A DNA stretch of 62,502 bases, counting the filler, from Choristocarpus tenellus KU-1152 (Eukaryota > Protista > Phaeophyceae): the NCBI GenBank assembly GCA_964200185.2. It is 13 parts of 13 records of this genome, joined end to end, with 100 filler letters (N's around TTAATTAATTAA, not from the genome) between each part and the next. Parts side by side here need not be neighbours in the genome. Positions count along the whole stretch, not along the records: positions 23,605 to 27,362 come from CAXNAD020018106.1; positions 27,463 to 33,936 come from CAXNAD020008062.1; positions 34,037 to 38,645 come from CAXNAD020013805.1; 10 more parts are not named here. One strand, 5' to 3'. Within the stretch, counting starts at the first letter, position 1. Each line of letters opens with the position of its first letter. This document shows positions 24,992 through 38,579 of this stretch, one piece after another. A program made the translations under genes and the position numbers. The notes below the pieces were generated by a model. It searched no databases. It saw only the letters and a list, made by a program, of their open reading frames with translations, and was not told the origin of the DNA.

Positions 24992-27900
24992 AATACTTTC
25001 CCAAACTCTCCAATGCAAACCGAAGCCTTGGAAACTGCCCCAGAGCCAGAGTGCTCAAGTTTCCGTTTGTTTCACATACACTTTTCCATAGGTGCGATGC
25101 TATGAGCGTACCCCCGAAAACTGTAGGTGTTGAACCCACCAATGGGAATGAACGACTATCGATAAAGTTGCTGTTGGTTCAGTCTTTGCTTTCGCCCTGA
25201 CCTTCCTTCCAAGGGAGCGAGTGAGTGTGGGTTGGTGCCCTGATTGTGATCAAGCCCCCTCTCTGTTCACAACGAATTGTGAAGGGAGTTTGTAGGTGTT
25301 GAACGTGTGAATGCAAAATGGTGACAAATGCCGTCAGTGCATGGGTGTGCTTGCTTGGAGTGCGTTTGTCTACCTGAGGAGAAGTGGCGTACGAGGTGTG
25401 TGTGACCTTTTGAAGGTTGTGCGTAAGTGGAATGTTGGAGACAGTAGGTAGGGTTAGGGATGTACTCTCTTCATGTCAATAACAGTGGGGTCAAGAGACT
25501 GGAAGGAGAGGTGGAATATGTGTTGTTCCAGACACGATGCTGTCTTCTATGCCTATAGAACTGGTTGGCAAAGGCAAGTCACACCTGTGTCTTTTCATTT
25601 TCAACAGCATTATTATCAAATGGGAACAGTCAAAAATGGAGCGCTTTTTAATCGCTTGATTCGGTCTTTCTCATTGGTCCAATATACTCGAATTTCCTCA
25701 AACTATTGCAATGAAACTGCTTACGTGCATATATATATATATATATATCAAGCACTGAGAAGGAGGATCGGATTATGTATATCAATATATCAAGGACTAA
25801 GAAGAACGATCAGACCATGTTCGATTCTGTCTAACCGATTTTGAACCTTCGATTTGGTACAGTTACAGTTGTACGCTTAACCCGTAATTATCTATAAACA
25901 TTTCCCCCTTCAGTAGTAACCCTAACCCTTCGTTTCGAGGGGCTTCTGAAATCGAAAAATCCAACAAGAAATTATAACCAACTCACAAACAAATGGAACA
26001 AAACGCATGCGTTTCAAATCCAAAACGAAAAACCTCTCTACTTCCTAGATGCTGCCTCGATCCTCTGGCAACGTGTTGGACTCAGACTGCCACAAAGAAG
26101 TGGGGTTACCTTTCAATGATATGAAAGCTGCATGCGTGGGAGTGCGAGAGGGCGAGATGGGATATAATTCCATGAAGGCTGAAGTTGAAGGGTCAGTGTC
26201 TTGGTTATTGGTCATTATTATTCTTGCTGTCACGCACACCCAATTATTTGTAGAAAGAGAATGCATGTGTGTGTTTGGACTCACTAAACTACTGATGATG
26301 GTGACTTCCGAAATTGTTGTGTTTTTTCTTTCCTTACATTTGGTTACGGAATCATAGCAATCGAAGCGCCCACCTTCTATTCACAAGTCTGAAGCAAGCA
26401 TAAAAAGAAAGATGCAATAATACGGAAAAAGAAATATTTTCCTCCTGATTTTTTTTCTTTTTGTATTTTTTGGGCAAACGTAACAAAAGGTTAAAACACT
26501 CTGCGACTGACGTATCAAGGCGGTGTGTTCAGTAGTTGGTTGGGAAAGGGTGTACACAAAGAAGTAGTATTTAGCGTCAAAATTTCATCCCTTTACCAGG
26601 CAGGGGGAACCGCTCCGAACAGTGAAACAGCATAATGAAACCACATGTGAACAAGTTGTGTTCACAAGTAGCTCACATTTCGATTCAATCAATCAAGTGC
26701 AAAGAGAGAGTTCAACATCTAATCACACTTTTACCCCACAAATTCATTTTGATTAAGAAAATTCATGTTGCATTGGTTACAGGTCAATGCACAGACCCCT
26801 TTAGACTCTTCTTGACTTCCTAAAGTCTATAAATGAAAAATAACTCAATTTACTCCACACCCCAATGAACACTACTTTCAAGCGGTTGTTAATGCAATAC
26901 AAGATATTTTCAAGCATACCATCAAATGCTAAGCACCACACGCATTGGATCAATGCATGAACAATTTGTAGTGTGATTCAATCCAAGGCTGAGGTGCCGA
27001 TGATAGGAGGGAGCACAGAATGTACCAGTAGGTCCTAACAGAAGCTTCGACCTCCATACGATCAAAACTAGTAGAAAGTATTGAAGCATGGGATGCATTG
27101 CATCGCATCCCATTACATCACTCAAAACCATAAAAAAAAATGAGGAAGTCACAACACATTGAGTGAGAAGCAAGGAAGGATCTGAACCTGAGCAGGACCC
27201 ACAAGAAGTCACCGGTAGAGATATTCAACCTTGTATTTTGATGGAGATCTCAACACAGCCCCTGGATACCAAAACCACAACAGGGTCAGTTCTTCCTTAC
27301 AACACAAGAGTGCAATAACCAACAACCCCCCACCCACTCACACCCTTTGCATCACTCCCCCCNNNNNNNNNNNNNNNNNNNNNNNNNNNNNNNNNNNNNN
27401 NNNNNNTTAATTAATTAANNNNNNNNNNNNNNNNNNNNNNNNNNNNNNNNNNNNNNNNNNNNCCTCTTTTTTGGACACATATCAGGAGGGACATCAGAGT
27501 ATGTGCTTCTTTTAGGGGGGGGAAGGGGGGGCGAGGGGGACCAGCTGGAAACTACCAAAATACTTGGGCTGTTATATGCGGCGGGTTTGGGGTTATTTGA
27601 GGCTGTTGATTGGTTAGAGGAGGCTTGCCAACAAGACTGATTGGTCGAGTAAGGTTGTGAATAGTGTACGGTGCTCATATGACACCCTTTTTTTTGTTTT
27701 CTCATTCATTGGTCGGTGTTGTTACCTTTGGGTTGCCCCTTGCCTCTTCTTGTGCGTAGGGGACAACCTTCACCTTGCACAGTTCGTTATCAATGAGAAA
27801 CACTCACACAAGAGGACACCACAAGGACAAGGCAGGTTTCTTCTTTTTCTTTTGAGTGCCTGTAGTAATTTTGTCGTTTTGCGTTTTTTTTCAACTGGTT

Positions 27901-28399
27901 TGGTGCAGGAGGTTGCTCACACGGTCCATGGTAAAGAGGGCCATCAAGCGGCGCAGCTCTCGTATTCTGCATGTCCTCCATCAAGAAAAATGGGGTGGAG
28001 ATGAAGAACAGGATGATCCTACCACCCTCACGCTGAAGAACGTGGGGTTCTGTGAGTCGATATATATATACATATATATATATACATATCAATTATGTAT
28101 TTTGAAAGGTTAATAAAAAGTAGCGTTTGTCTATTTTTGTTGAATTGTTCTTATTTTCTTAAGTTTTTTGTATTGACTTTGTTTATGGTGATAGATACTG
28201 TATTTGGACGCTCGTTTTTTTAAAAATCTGGTAATCGATTGCTTTTTTTACGTTTTCTTTTAAATTTAGTATTCAAGTTGTCGTAATAATTCTTAAGAAG
28301 TGCACGACTAATGATAAATTAGGACGTTTTTTTTTTGTGGTGTGTTAAATTGTTCTTACGCATTTCTAACTTTTTTTATTACGTTGTCCTGATTATTCT

Positions 28400-31300
28400 T
28401 AAGAGAGCACATAAAAGCTTTTATTATTTTCCGAGGCTGTGGTAGGCCCCTTCGGTGTAGTCTTCTTGATGATGATGCATGGTAAAGTTGAGACTGTGGG
28501 TAGGATTTCACTGGAATCTCTGTTCAGTGCTTGTTCGCTTCCTTCAGCAGTTGAAGTAGAGAGGTAGGTGTTGCCTATGACAGAGTCGTCTGTAATCCCT
28601 GTAACAAGCACGTGATGCTGCTGCCATACACTGTTTAATATCGATTTGTATGGCGCGATGAAAGAGGCAGTATTTTCTTGTGGAACGAGAAGCGGGTGAG
28701 ACGGGTTCCTGGAGTTTTCCAACTTTATTTTCTGAGAATGTGTGGTGTATCTCTATTATAGAAGCCCATTGCAAGCACTCTCTCTAGTTTTGGACAGCAA
28801 GAGCTTCCGTTGGCAGAGCAGTGCTGATGCAGGGAGGTCCGCACTTTCCAGCCAGTGTGCACTATTGAAAAGTGATTTAATGTGACAACAGTGAGAACTT
28901 TCAGAGATTAGGGAGTGTTACAAACATATTCTGTTGCTGATGAGTTTTAATTTTATCGGCTCGATGCAAGGTGTAGAGCATTAATTTATGCAAAGCAAAG
29001 TGTTTTTTCTTGTTCCGATTACCTCCCTTACATTGTGTTTGATCATTTTTGTTCTATGTGAGTCAACCCAAGATATGGTAGGGTAGGCGACACTATGGAG
29101 TGGAGGCAATGCCTCCACAATGGAACAGCTCGTACGGAAATTGATCCAATAGGCGAAATGCGTTGGCCCTGCCACCTCCCCTGCCCTCTAAAGCTTGTCG
29201 TTATTGTTGTTAACATGTATACTATGCCCTTAATCCACACCTGCCGACATTTCACTCAACTCCTGCTCTCGGCTGTTGGATGTACTTTGCAGATAACATC
29301 ACGATCACTGCCATGAGTCCTGAAGAGAGCTTCTGATGATGCCCAATTGCTCCTCTCTCTCTCCTCTTCATCGTGCCAGTGGTCTAGAGCACACACATAT
29401 GCGTGATGACAACTCAAGTTCAGGACAATCTGTAGCTTTGGTTGGACATATATGTAGTGCATGTTTATCATACCTCTACTGCCAATTTGCAATGTTGTCA
29501 GCAGGAAGAGTAAGACAGGGCATGTTTGTGTTTTTTCAAGTATTTCATGCCTTGCTTCTTGCTGGGTTCCCTTCTTGATGTCCGCATTCTGATGACTGGA
29601 AATTAATTTGATTGGTCAACTCCTAGCCATGTGCTCTTTGTATTGGAAGTAACCTTGTAGAAATGATAAAATTGTGATAAAATGGTTTAAGGTTTCAGTG
29701 TCAATGGAGTATTCTGACAGCAAGCATTAGCTTGTACGTTACATGTAGTAACTGATACTCATCGGTTATTATCAGAGTGTGTGCGCAACCTACTTCATGA
29801 TGCGCTTTTTTTACATGCTGAAATTGGCTCAAACCTATCAGTTTGTCTTTCGAAACACCAAAATCTCATACCTATATCCGACTTTAAATGATCAAGTACT
29901 TTGTACCAAAACATGTACTTTTGGAAAACCAACACTATGATCATGTCCCCTTGGAGATTGCTCTCGATTGATGTGCGCACTTCTATGCTTCTAACCTAGC
30001 ATAGCTGTACAAAGGTGGGCGAGGAGCCAGGGAAGTATCCCAAGAATCTGGCGAACCTCTTCTTGCCCACCTATGAAATTGTCAGCATCGGTGGAACCGT
30101 ATGACTTTGAGAGAAACAGATGACGGTATAAAAGTATTGAATATAATCCACCAACGGTATATATGCATACTGGCGGTATACCTTTCAAGGTCATACCAAT
30201 CCTCTGATCCCATCAATATCTGATTTGGCCTCAAAAACGTTGACCTGGCGATTCTTTGGCTATATTTGGTGCTACTATGCTTTATACTGTGGAGTAAGTA
30301 TTTGGGGTGGTAACAACTTGATATTGGTGGGAATTTGAATGTCTAAACATTTGGAGTAGCTGATGTCTTTCATGTGGTGGTGTTTTATCTCCAACCGACA
30401 TTTTACATATTTTCTTGAAATTTAATGAAAGACGAAGGTTATTTCGAAAACAGTGTAGTCAGATGGTATGTTTCACGCCGATTTCAGCAAGTATGAACCG
30501 ATAAACTTCTGTGTAGTGCGCAAGCACTCTATTGTCATTAGAAAATTCTTTGAAGTAGTTCATAGTTTTCAGCTCCTTAGGGCTGACTAGTCAGTGGGTG
30601 CGAATATAGCTTCAAGGATACAGTTTGAAGCATAGACTTGTTGCATCTCATTGTGGCGTTGTGCCGACGATAGCTGACATGGTACCAAAACATGAGTGAT
30701 GGCATTGAAGCATCCATCCACGGAGAGCATTGTGTGGCACTCCAAGTTAAGTGTGGGTAGGTATGCAACCTGTTTATTTCAAGGTCATCCTCCTCAACTG
30801 CTTTTTTTTAGGAAAAATTCTGGACACTGTCAGTGGTACGAAAATCGAACATGTTACTGCCATACCAATAATATTATCAGTAGTATTCATGCGATTCATG
30901 GGCATGACTACTACAATACCTGTCAATGGAAGGTTCTATGTACCGGGGTTTACCACCTAGTGGGTTTAAACCCTTGCAAAGAAAGGTATGAAAGTAAGAG
31001 ATATACGAAACAACAGAAACCTGTTGAGGGCGATATCAACAGTTTTGTGCATACGGTCGCTGGTGGAGAGCCCATAACCTGAGGGAGGTACTGCTTGGAA
31101 TTCCACAGGAGATTTCTGGTACACAGCTCAATTCTCACCTGCTGCTTCAATTCCATGTTGTGAATTGATAGGCAACACTCATGATGTGTATCAGTCATAA
31201 ACACGAAAATCGACGTTTTTGGACCTGTTGAAACAATTCTCTCAAGTCATGCACCCCCTCACAGAAGAAAAAAACCTTCAAATGTTTGTGTATCCATGCC

Positions 31301-31460
31301 TTACCAGTATCTCTTGAGCTCTTCGCTTGACCGCAATGCCCACATGCCAAATATCTATAGCCTCGTTTGCCACAAACCCCTAGAGTGACCTTCTCGTGCG
31401 AGAGGATGGTAGTGGTATCAGAGGGTGGTGAGCCTTGCGATTTCCCACTTTCACCCACTG
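28400..31460 (-). mobile_element. Degenerate hAT-like transposase gene
   Basis: In minus-strand order: BED-finger-like LACGHCG...HKHL...C (31195-31458), TTDN..M and YPHLTW (30740-30890), then C-terminal-like WASIIEIHHTFSENKVGKL (~28720-28770). Many stops. Confidence 0.5.
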
Positions 31461-32843
31461 GAGGAACAAGATGGACTGTGCAGTGAAAGCATCAGCATTA
31501 TTGAGGGTTGCAAGTTCGGAAGGCTTCATCAATGCACTCAGAGGATGAAAGACCGCTACTAAAACTCTTTTCCAATTTCTTACTATACACTATACTGAAA
31601 TTACTCTGATATACTTCCCATGTCATATTGGATTATCACGGAATGATCTGAGTTATTGAAGAATTAATTTCCCCCCCTCTCATTTGACCTCAGGACGGCA
31701 CGTTCTGTAGGGTTCCAAAACCACAATTGTACTATCAAGGAACCACCACCCTCATCGGGGGACCACCATAATTCCTACATGCACTACCAGCAATCCTGTT
31801 TTTTTATGGGTTGCCATGGGATCAGGCAACTTTGATTTGCTACATGCATTCATATCACTTACAACTCGACATTAAACCCTCCTCCTCACACTATTTAGAA
31901 GAAGCGCAACATATCAGTCTATGGCACTGATAAAGAAAAACCAAGTAGTACACTACCAACTGTACCACAATGTGACCAGCAAGCAATTTGAGGATATGTT
32001 CTCACAGGACAAATCACATCTACCTGGAAATGGGGGATGGTCACCTTTGTGTTCTCCCTTGCGTGTAGGAAAGGTCCTAATGAGCTTTGAGCAGCTGCAA
32101 CCAATTAAACCACAGCCTTATCACAACACTGAATATGAAGCCGTCCTATCTCAGAGTGGAGTCTATTAGACCCTTTTGAGAATTTCTGACTTTTAAAATC
32201 TTCTGCCTGAAACCCCATTTCCCATGCCATAGATGCAGCCAACTCCCATTTGAGGAGGCTGCGGCTGTAGATGAGGAGACGAGCGTTTGCTGACATAAGC
32301 GTAGAGTTACCCTACGAAGTGCTCAAAGCAACAAAAAGCAACTCCTCCAGAACACAGTGACGGGGGTGTCAAATATGAAGGGACACTCCACTCTTAAGAT
32401 ATAATTACTCAAGAAGACCTCAAATATAACAGGGTTATCATCCAAGCAATATGCATGTCCAGTGTCACCCATATCCGTAGCCTGCCAATTTAAAATGATC
32501 AATGGCCATGGACTCAATCATGTTCGAACTTGCTTGCACATGCCCTCCCGCGTTATGGGCATGCCTCCTATTTTATATTATACCACTCTTTCTTGAATAT
32601 TGTATCTTCCATATTTGGACGTTTCTCAAGGTTTGTGTTCAATCTTTGAAATTTCAAATCTCTATTACAACTATATATTAGTAAATATGTTACATGTAGA
32701 TATTTTTCTCTATTATTTTATATTGTTTTATTTCGAATTTTAAAATTGTAAACTAATCAAAATAAATTGTTGGATGTTTTGAGGTGATTTGTGATCTCCG
32801 TGAGTGTGTGTGTGAATGTCTCACATTCACATTTGCATAAAAT

Positions 32844-33060
32844 GTGGTGGACATGGTCCGGACATACCAGAAAAAAATTGAACTGATGTGGGGACATGGT
32901 CTGAACATTCAAGGAAAAATGTTAGACTGGTTGACTGGTGGACGTGGACTGGTACAATACCCTGTGGACATTGTCCGAACATGTCAGAGAATGTTTGGCC
33001 TGGTCCTGCCAGCAGACCTGGACCGGTATAGTATCTAGTGGACATGGACCAGGGGATATG
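32844..33060. repeat. Cluster of short GGACAT(G/T)GTCC-like motifs
   Basis: At least 6 variants such as GTGGACATGGTCCGGACAT, GGACATGGTCTGAACAT, GTGGACATTGTCCGAACAT and GTGGACATGGACC. Confidence 0.65.
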
Positions 33061-33394
33061 TTCAATAATTGTGGAATCAGTCCGTCCGGTTGACAGGACT
33101 TTTTAAATTTGCTGGCCCAGTGAAAAGACCTGAAATATAGTATGTTGAATAGCATAGATGCACTTATCTATAGCATAGGTATGACGATACTCTGCCTATT
33201 ACATAACAAAGTCTCACATGCGCACATTTAGTTGCCTGCCAAGGTATTGGAAGCCCCTTTGGATGATGTCTTCTCCTCACGCGTTAGTGTCTTGCACGCA
33301 GAACATACGTGCATTTTGATGTATATATTCGAACGCATTAGCACAACTTGATTTTGGGTGAATACGTGTGAGTAAAAGGGGTGGCTGCCTCACG

Positions 33395-33570
33395 CAAGAA
33401 GACCTCGTTTCTCCAGGTGCTTTATTGCAAATGGATTGAGGTGACCCATTATTTTAGGCCAGTCGAAGAGGGAGAGACGTGGTTGTTTGTTGGCGAAAGT
33501 GGCCTGGCCTAAAATAATGGGTGGCCTCAATCCATTTGCAATATAGCACCTGGAGAAACGAGGTCTCCTG
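33395..33570. repeat. Long inverted repeat (~67-bp arms, ~41-nt spacer); foldback/MITE-like
   Basis: 33395-33462 (..GACCTCGTTTCTCCAGGTGCT.TATTGCAAATGGATTGAGG..ACCCATTATTTTAGGCCAG) is nearly the reverse complement of 33504-33570. Confidence 0.9.
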
Positions 33571-33589
33571 GACATCTCAGATACTACAG

Positions 33590-33936
33590 TCGCCTCAGAA
33601 CTTCACTGCAAGGTATGCAAGGAGTGCAAGTCCGAGGCACTCAGCTACGCACGGGGAGGCCGCAGTCCCAAGACAGTGGGGAAGGTGGTGCACACAGACA
33701 TGGAGGGACCCTTTGACCCGTACGTGACGGGCATGAAATATTTTCAGGTGTTTGTGGACGAGGCTAGCAGGGAGAAGCGTGTGATTGGTCTGCGTACCAA
33801 GGACGCTGCTACAGCAGCCTCTGCCGCCTACATAGATGAAATGGCTCGGGAAGGGGTGGTAGTAAGATGCACCAGTGGAGATGGTGCTGGAGAATTTGGA
33901 AGGAGTACAAAGTTCCAGCGCATGCTGTCAGATCGG
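33590..33936 (+). mobile_element. Ty1/copia integrase fragment
   Basis: HCKVCKECK, then VVHTDMEGPF...KYFQVFVDEASR...SGDGAGEF. Truncated by contig end. Confidence 0.9.
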
Positions 33937-34123
33937 NNNNNNNNNNNNNNNNNNNNNNNNNNNNNNNNNNNNNNNNNNNNTTAATTAATTAANNNNNNNN
34001 NNNNNNNNNNNNNNNNNNNNNNNNNNNNNNNNNNNNGAAGGATGACCAAGGCATGCTAATAGTTCCCCCCCCCCCCCCCCCCCACCTCCCCTATCTACAA
34101 ACCCCCTCCCGGTATCTAACTAG

Positions 34124-35523
34124 GTGTTCTTGAAGCTGGGTGGACACCGGAGGAAATCAGCAAGCAGACACGTCGTAGCAATGAGAGGGACAGAGTGCAG
34201 CTCAACAAGGACTTGATGACTATTTGGCGAGAAGTGGAGAAAAATGAGAATGCTTGGCCATTTCGGGAACCGGTGGATCTTGATGCTGTCAAGGACTACC
34301 TGGAGGTCATCTCTACGCCCATTGGTGTGTGCTTGATGGTGGATTATCAGCGGGATTTGATGTTGGAGGTTGTGTATTGATCTTTGTTCTTTTTTATCTT
34401 TTTTTTTTAGAGACGAGCAAGAAAAATTCAAGATCGAGATAAGTGACCACATTGATTCTTAGTGACCTGATAGTTGGTATCTTTTATTTCTATGATGCTT
34501 TGTGGAAATTCATTGTGCAATCTTATGAAGCAAGAGTTGACTGTTGGTGTCATCGGCATGTAGGAGAAAATCCCTAGTTTTGCCAAGAATGTTTATGTAC
34601 CATAGCCCATTTTTAAGGAGGGGAAGAGACAGGCTGTAATTCACTACTTCCTTGCGTTGGGGTTTGATGTCTAGGAGGGTTTACTTTGTATCATTGGGAT
34701 TTTGAGGCAATATCTTTTTGTTGAGGGAAGACATTGTCCGAGATTGGTTTATGTAATTCCTGTATCCTTGCACCATGCAAAAATATAGCATTGGCCACCT
34801 CTTTCTCCAGGTAGGATTGTTTTCCTATGTAGAACAGTAATGTTTTGCTTTCTGTGAGACCTCCCAATTAAGACCCTGTTTATTTGGCGCATCGAGTGAA
34901 GAGTCGTCCTGCCTCCCACAACACATAAATTATCCATCCCCCGACCTTTCAAATTTGTGTATTTTGGCTGGTGGGTGATATGTCTTTGAGAGAAACTGTC
35001 CCAATGTATTGTGGTTTGATATCGTGGCGCCAATGATTCCATCTATACCCTCATACTGTCCTACCACTCGTGTTTGTTTTGCCACAGTATCAGCTTGTTT
35101 TGACCATTTTTCTGCGTCCATCAGTCAAAGCCCTTAACCAAAGATTCATCAGACTGCCACCTTCCCTACTGGTAAGCAGTTTCTCCTTACTCCTCTGAAG
35201 TGTGTAATATACCTGACCCTCAGTTTATTTGTGTCCTTTGCATTTTTCTGGATGTTGACCTCTGATCCATGGTGTCCTGTTCTACCCCCCCCCTCCCCCT
35301 CTATGTGGTATCAGACTTGAGGACGATGAGAGAGAGGCTGGAGATATTGGACCCCCCCTTCTACAAGTCTAAGGCTATGCTGAAGGCAGACATGCTTCTC
35401 ATGCTGTCCAACTGCCAGAAATACAATGCTGAGACGACGGAGTACTTCAAGAGTGCAGTGGCGCTCACACCGGTGATCGAGGAGCTCTTTGGTAGTGACT
35501 CTTCAACTGCCTCTCACCGATAA
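34124..35523 (+). CDS. GCN5: Histone acetyltransferase GCN5-like, last two exons (bromodomain)
   Basis: Exons 34124-34324 and 35315-35523 (GT-AG, phase 1) give GVLEAGWTP...AWPFREPVD..VKDYLEVISTPIDLRTMRERL...NCQKYNAETTEYFKSA...stop. The G.xEAGWTP linker before a terminal bromodomain is characteristic of GCN5. Confidence 0.88.
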
Positions 35524-36099
35524 TTTGATATACTACAAGAGAGATGCTTGCATGAAGGGGTACTCTCCTGGGTCACTTGGACTATCGTTTTGGGTGCTTC
35601 ACTTCTTTGGCGGGAAAAGGCTTTGTGCTTTGTGCCCGGGTTCATGGTGTTAGGTTCACAGAGCGTGTGCATGATGCAGTGGTGAGAAAAAAAGGTAGTA
35701 TGTTGGGTTGGATGAAGCACGAGGGGGGCAAAAGCCGGAGGCGGGAGAGTAATTTGTTTTCTTGTTAAGTATACTTTTTGTTTGTTTGTTGATTGTGCTG
35801 TGGTAACGTGACGAGGGTGTAAAACCCTTGTCTATAAGAAAAGCAAAGATATGTGGGTTAGAAGCTGTTTTTTTGTTACGGATGGGATTTGTTGGGATAG
35901 GTGGAGTTTAGGATAACCTGTGTAAGGGCAAGAACTGACTGCAGCGGTGCCTGCCATTCTAGAGGTGTTTTGCTGCCAATTTTCCCTGACTTGTTTTTAA
36001 TATTGTTTTGTAGATGCGTGACAAGTGGTAGGGTTTTGGTATATTTTGGTGTGGGATGTGTACAGGTGTAAAAAAGAAAACTACGATAGGTAGGAGGCA

Positions 36100-37450
36100 C
36101 GATTGTGTGTGAGGTAGGTGCAGTTGTCGTGCTTCAGGAGCAAGTCTTTCATGACTGCCCCGTGTTGCTATGTCAGCCTGATATTATGGTGCATCTGTCT
36201 CCAAGTAATAGATTCTTGAAAGGTCAAGGGTTTTTTCAGGACTTCATACAAGAATTTCAGAGTAGGCACGGGTATCATAGATCTGGACCCAGACTTGGAT
36301 GTGGACCTGGACCTGCATCCCGAGCTGCTGTGGGATGAGTTGTATGCTTTATGGATATGGTACTAGACCAAGTAAACTGGCACTGTGGCCTTAACCCAGG
36401 TGATGTGGGGTGTGTGATCCCATGACAGGTAGTCACCATAATATTAACATAGTCCATATCACCACAACAAATGTGTAAGTGTTCTACTTGCACAGTTAGG
36501 GTCATTGCCATTGAATCTTCTACCTCTTTGGTGTATTGTACGCCTTACACTCAAAGTTCTTTGTTGTGGTAGAGCCTGCAACTAATGTGGACACATCGAT
36601 GCCTGTAGTCAAAGGATTTGGCGGGGGGCAGGTGCCTTTAGAGCTAGAAGGTGGGTCCACCAGCATCAGTGAGGAGATCAATGAGTTCGCTAGGTGGGAT
36701 GTCAAGGAGTTGCCCAAGATGATGCAGGCTCGATAGGATGAGAGTACCATTGGTGCTTACACTCACCACTGTGTGACCTGTGCGTGGAATTGAGTCCAGT
36801 ACTACACCAAGAGCAAAGCCCAGAAGAGGACCTGGAACCAGCGTGATAGTTGTGGGAAGGTTGGATCCTGTGTTGTCTGGGGTCATTTTGCTGTGGTGTG
36901 GAGAAGCATGATTTTTGCAAGGGAGACGCTCTCAGTAAGTCCTTGGAAGAGTGGTGGATATTTTACCCAGATGTCTCCCTTTTTCTATACTGTTTTTTAT
37001 GTGAAAATAGAAATGCATTGCATCATGTGATCCTTGAGTCTTGTGTTGGCCGTGGTCCTGCGAGGTCATTATTTCTTATGTGTTACTATTTTGGAGTAGT
37101 TAACTCGTTTGTTGCATACACTGGTTTTGAAATATCGATTGCACATGACTTGTCATCGAGAAGCACTTTGATCACTGATCCATGATGAGTGCTCACTCTC
37201 ATTAACCTGCCGGGTTTGCCGCAGATGTGTTTGGGAGGCACTCTGTCTCGTTATCTTTTGTTGAACCCAGTAAGTTATTGATAGAAACCAGGTTGGTCCC
37301 AGTAGTGGATAAGGTCTCCCATCTTTCTGGTGTAGCTATCAAAATCCCCTGCAAGGCAAATTCCTCTCGCTTGCTTGAGCTGCTGGCCAGCCGTCTATCT
37401 TCTATGAGAGTCTGCGAGCTGTAGTTATTCACATGCCCTTTCCCACTGCT
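36100..37450 (-). mobile_element. Very degenerate probable Ty3/gypsy pol remnant
   Basis: Weak ordered traces: protease-like LSTTGTNLVS, then PRQHRI / ITLVPGP, QLLD, FDYR. Confidence 0.3.
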
Positions 37451-37479
37451 CCTCCCAGGCCTCCAGGAAGATAGGTTGA

Positions 37480-37735
37480 GAGTAAAAGTATCTTAGAGGG
37501 TAGAGCCGCGTCCATTTTGGGACCAAAATCAAATATTGTGATTTTGATCCAATTTTAACTGTCTTGTTACGAAGTGTCAATATCCTTATTCCGGACACAC
37601 AGTTTAATAATGTGTACATTTTACCTACTCCGAGACATTTTGGAGTAGGTAAAATTTAATAAAATACCTGTTGAAAGCCAGGCCCCAAACAGACAAACAG
37701 GGCAAAACTCGTACCCTCTAAAGACACTTTCACTC
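37480..37735 (+). mobile_element. MITE family B, complete copy
   Basis: GAGTAAAAGTATCTTAGAGGGTA ... CACTTTCACTC. Flanks TGA/TGA. Confidence 0.9.
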
Positions 37736-38320
37736 TGAGCTTGGTCACTTGCTATGACCCTCATAACAAGGTCTCCGTGTAGGAGGTGGCAGTACTTCCG
37801 CTTCCAACAAAGTGCCATGTGTTTGACATTGACTGGTGTACCAGCCGTTACTCTTTTGGCATTGCCTACTCTACTTCAGGGTGTTTTCATTTTTTCAGTG
37901 GTAACACTCACCACAGACCACATCAGATCAAAAAAAAAAAGAGAACTACAAAAGAGGTTTCACAATCGCATAACCAAGGCTTCTCGTCAATTCCAAATAA
38001 AACTAGAAATGGGTAGGTCGTCAATGTGCAAGCAAGTGTAAGGATTGCAATTCCACTAGCTTGGAACAAACGAATAGAAAATAAACAGACCTCCTCTCCT
38101 TCCACATAGTTATTGTTTTTATCCTCAGGTATCATTCTGGAGTCAGACCATAACAAATAGGTGGGTTGACCCTCCCATGATATGAAAGCAGTATGTATGG
38201 ATTGAGGGGGTGTACATGTTAAATTTTCGAGGTTGGCAATGTGATGCAGACACTATCAGAACAAGTGTGTGCGTATTGGCTTGTCGATTGAGAAAGTGAG
38301 CCTATTTCCAGCACCCCAGC

Positions 38321-38579
38321 GAGTTAAAGTATCTTAGAGAGTGGGGTCACATCCATTTGGGGACCAAAATGCAACGTTGCGATTTTGATGTAATTTCGGC
38401 TATCGTGTTTGTTAGGAAGTGTCAATATCCTTGTTCCGGACGTAAATTTTCATAATGTATACATTTTACCTACTTCAAAACGCGTTGGAGTAGGAAAATG
38501 TCATAAAAAACCCTATGGGAAGCCAAGCCCCAAACGGACAAACAGGGCAAAATCCGTACCCTCTAAGGTACTTTCACTC
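38321..38579 (+). mobile_element. MITE family B, complete copy
   Basis: GAGTTAAAGTATCTTAGAG ... TACTTTCACTC. 4-bp TSD CAGC at 38317-38320 and 38580-38583. Confidence 0.9.

Noticed and set aside
2398-38579. MITEs acting as introner elements
   Set aside because: No copy in this window interrupts an exon or has ends coinciding with splice sites.
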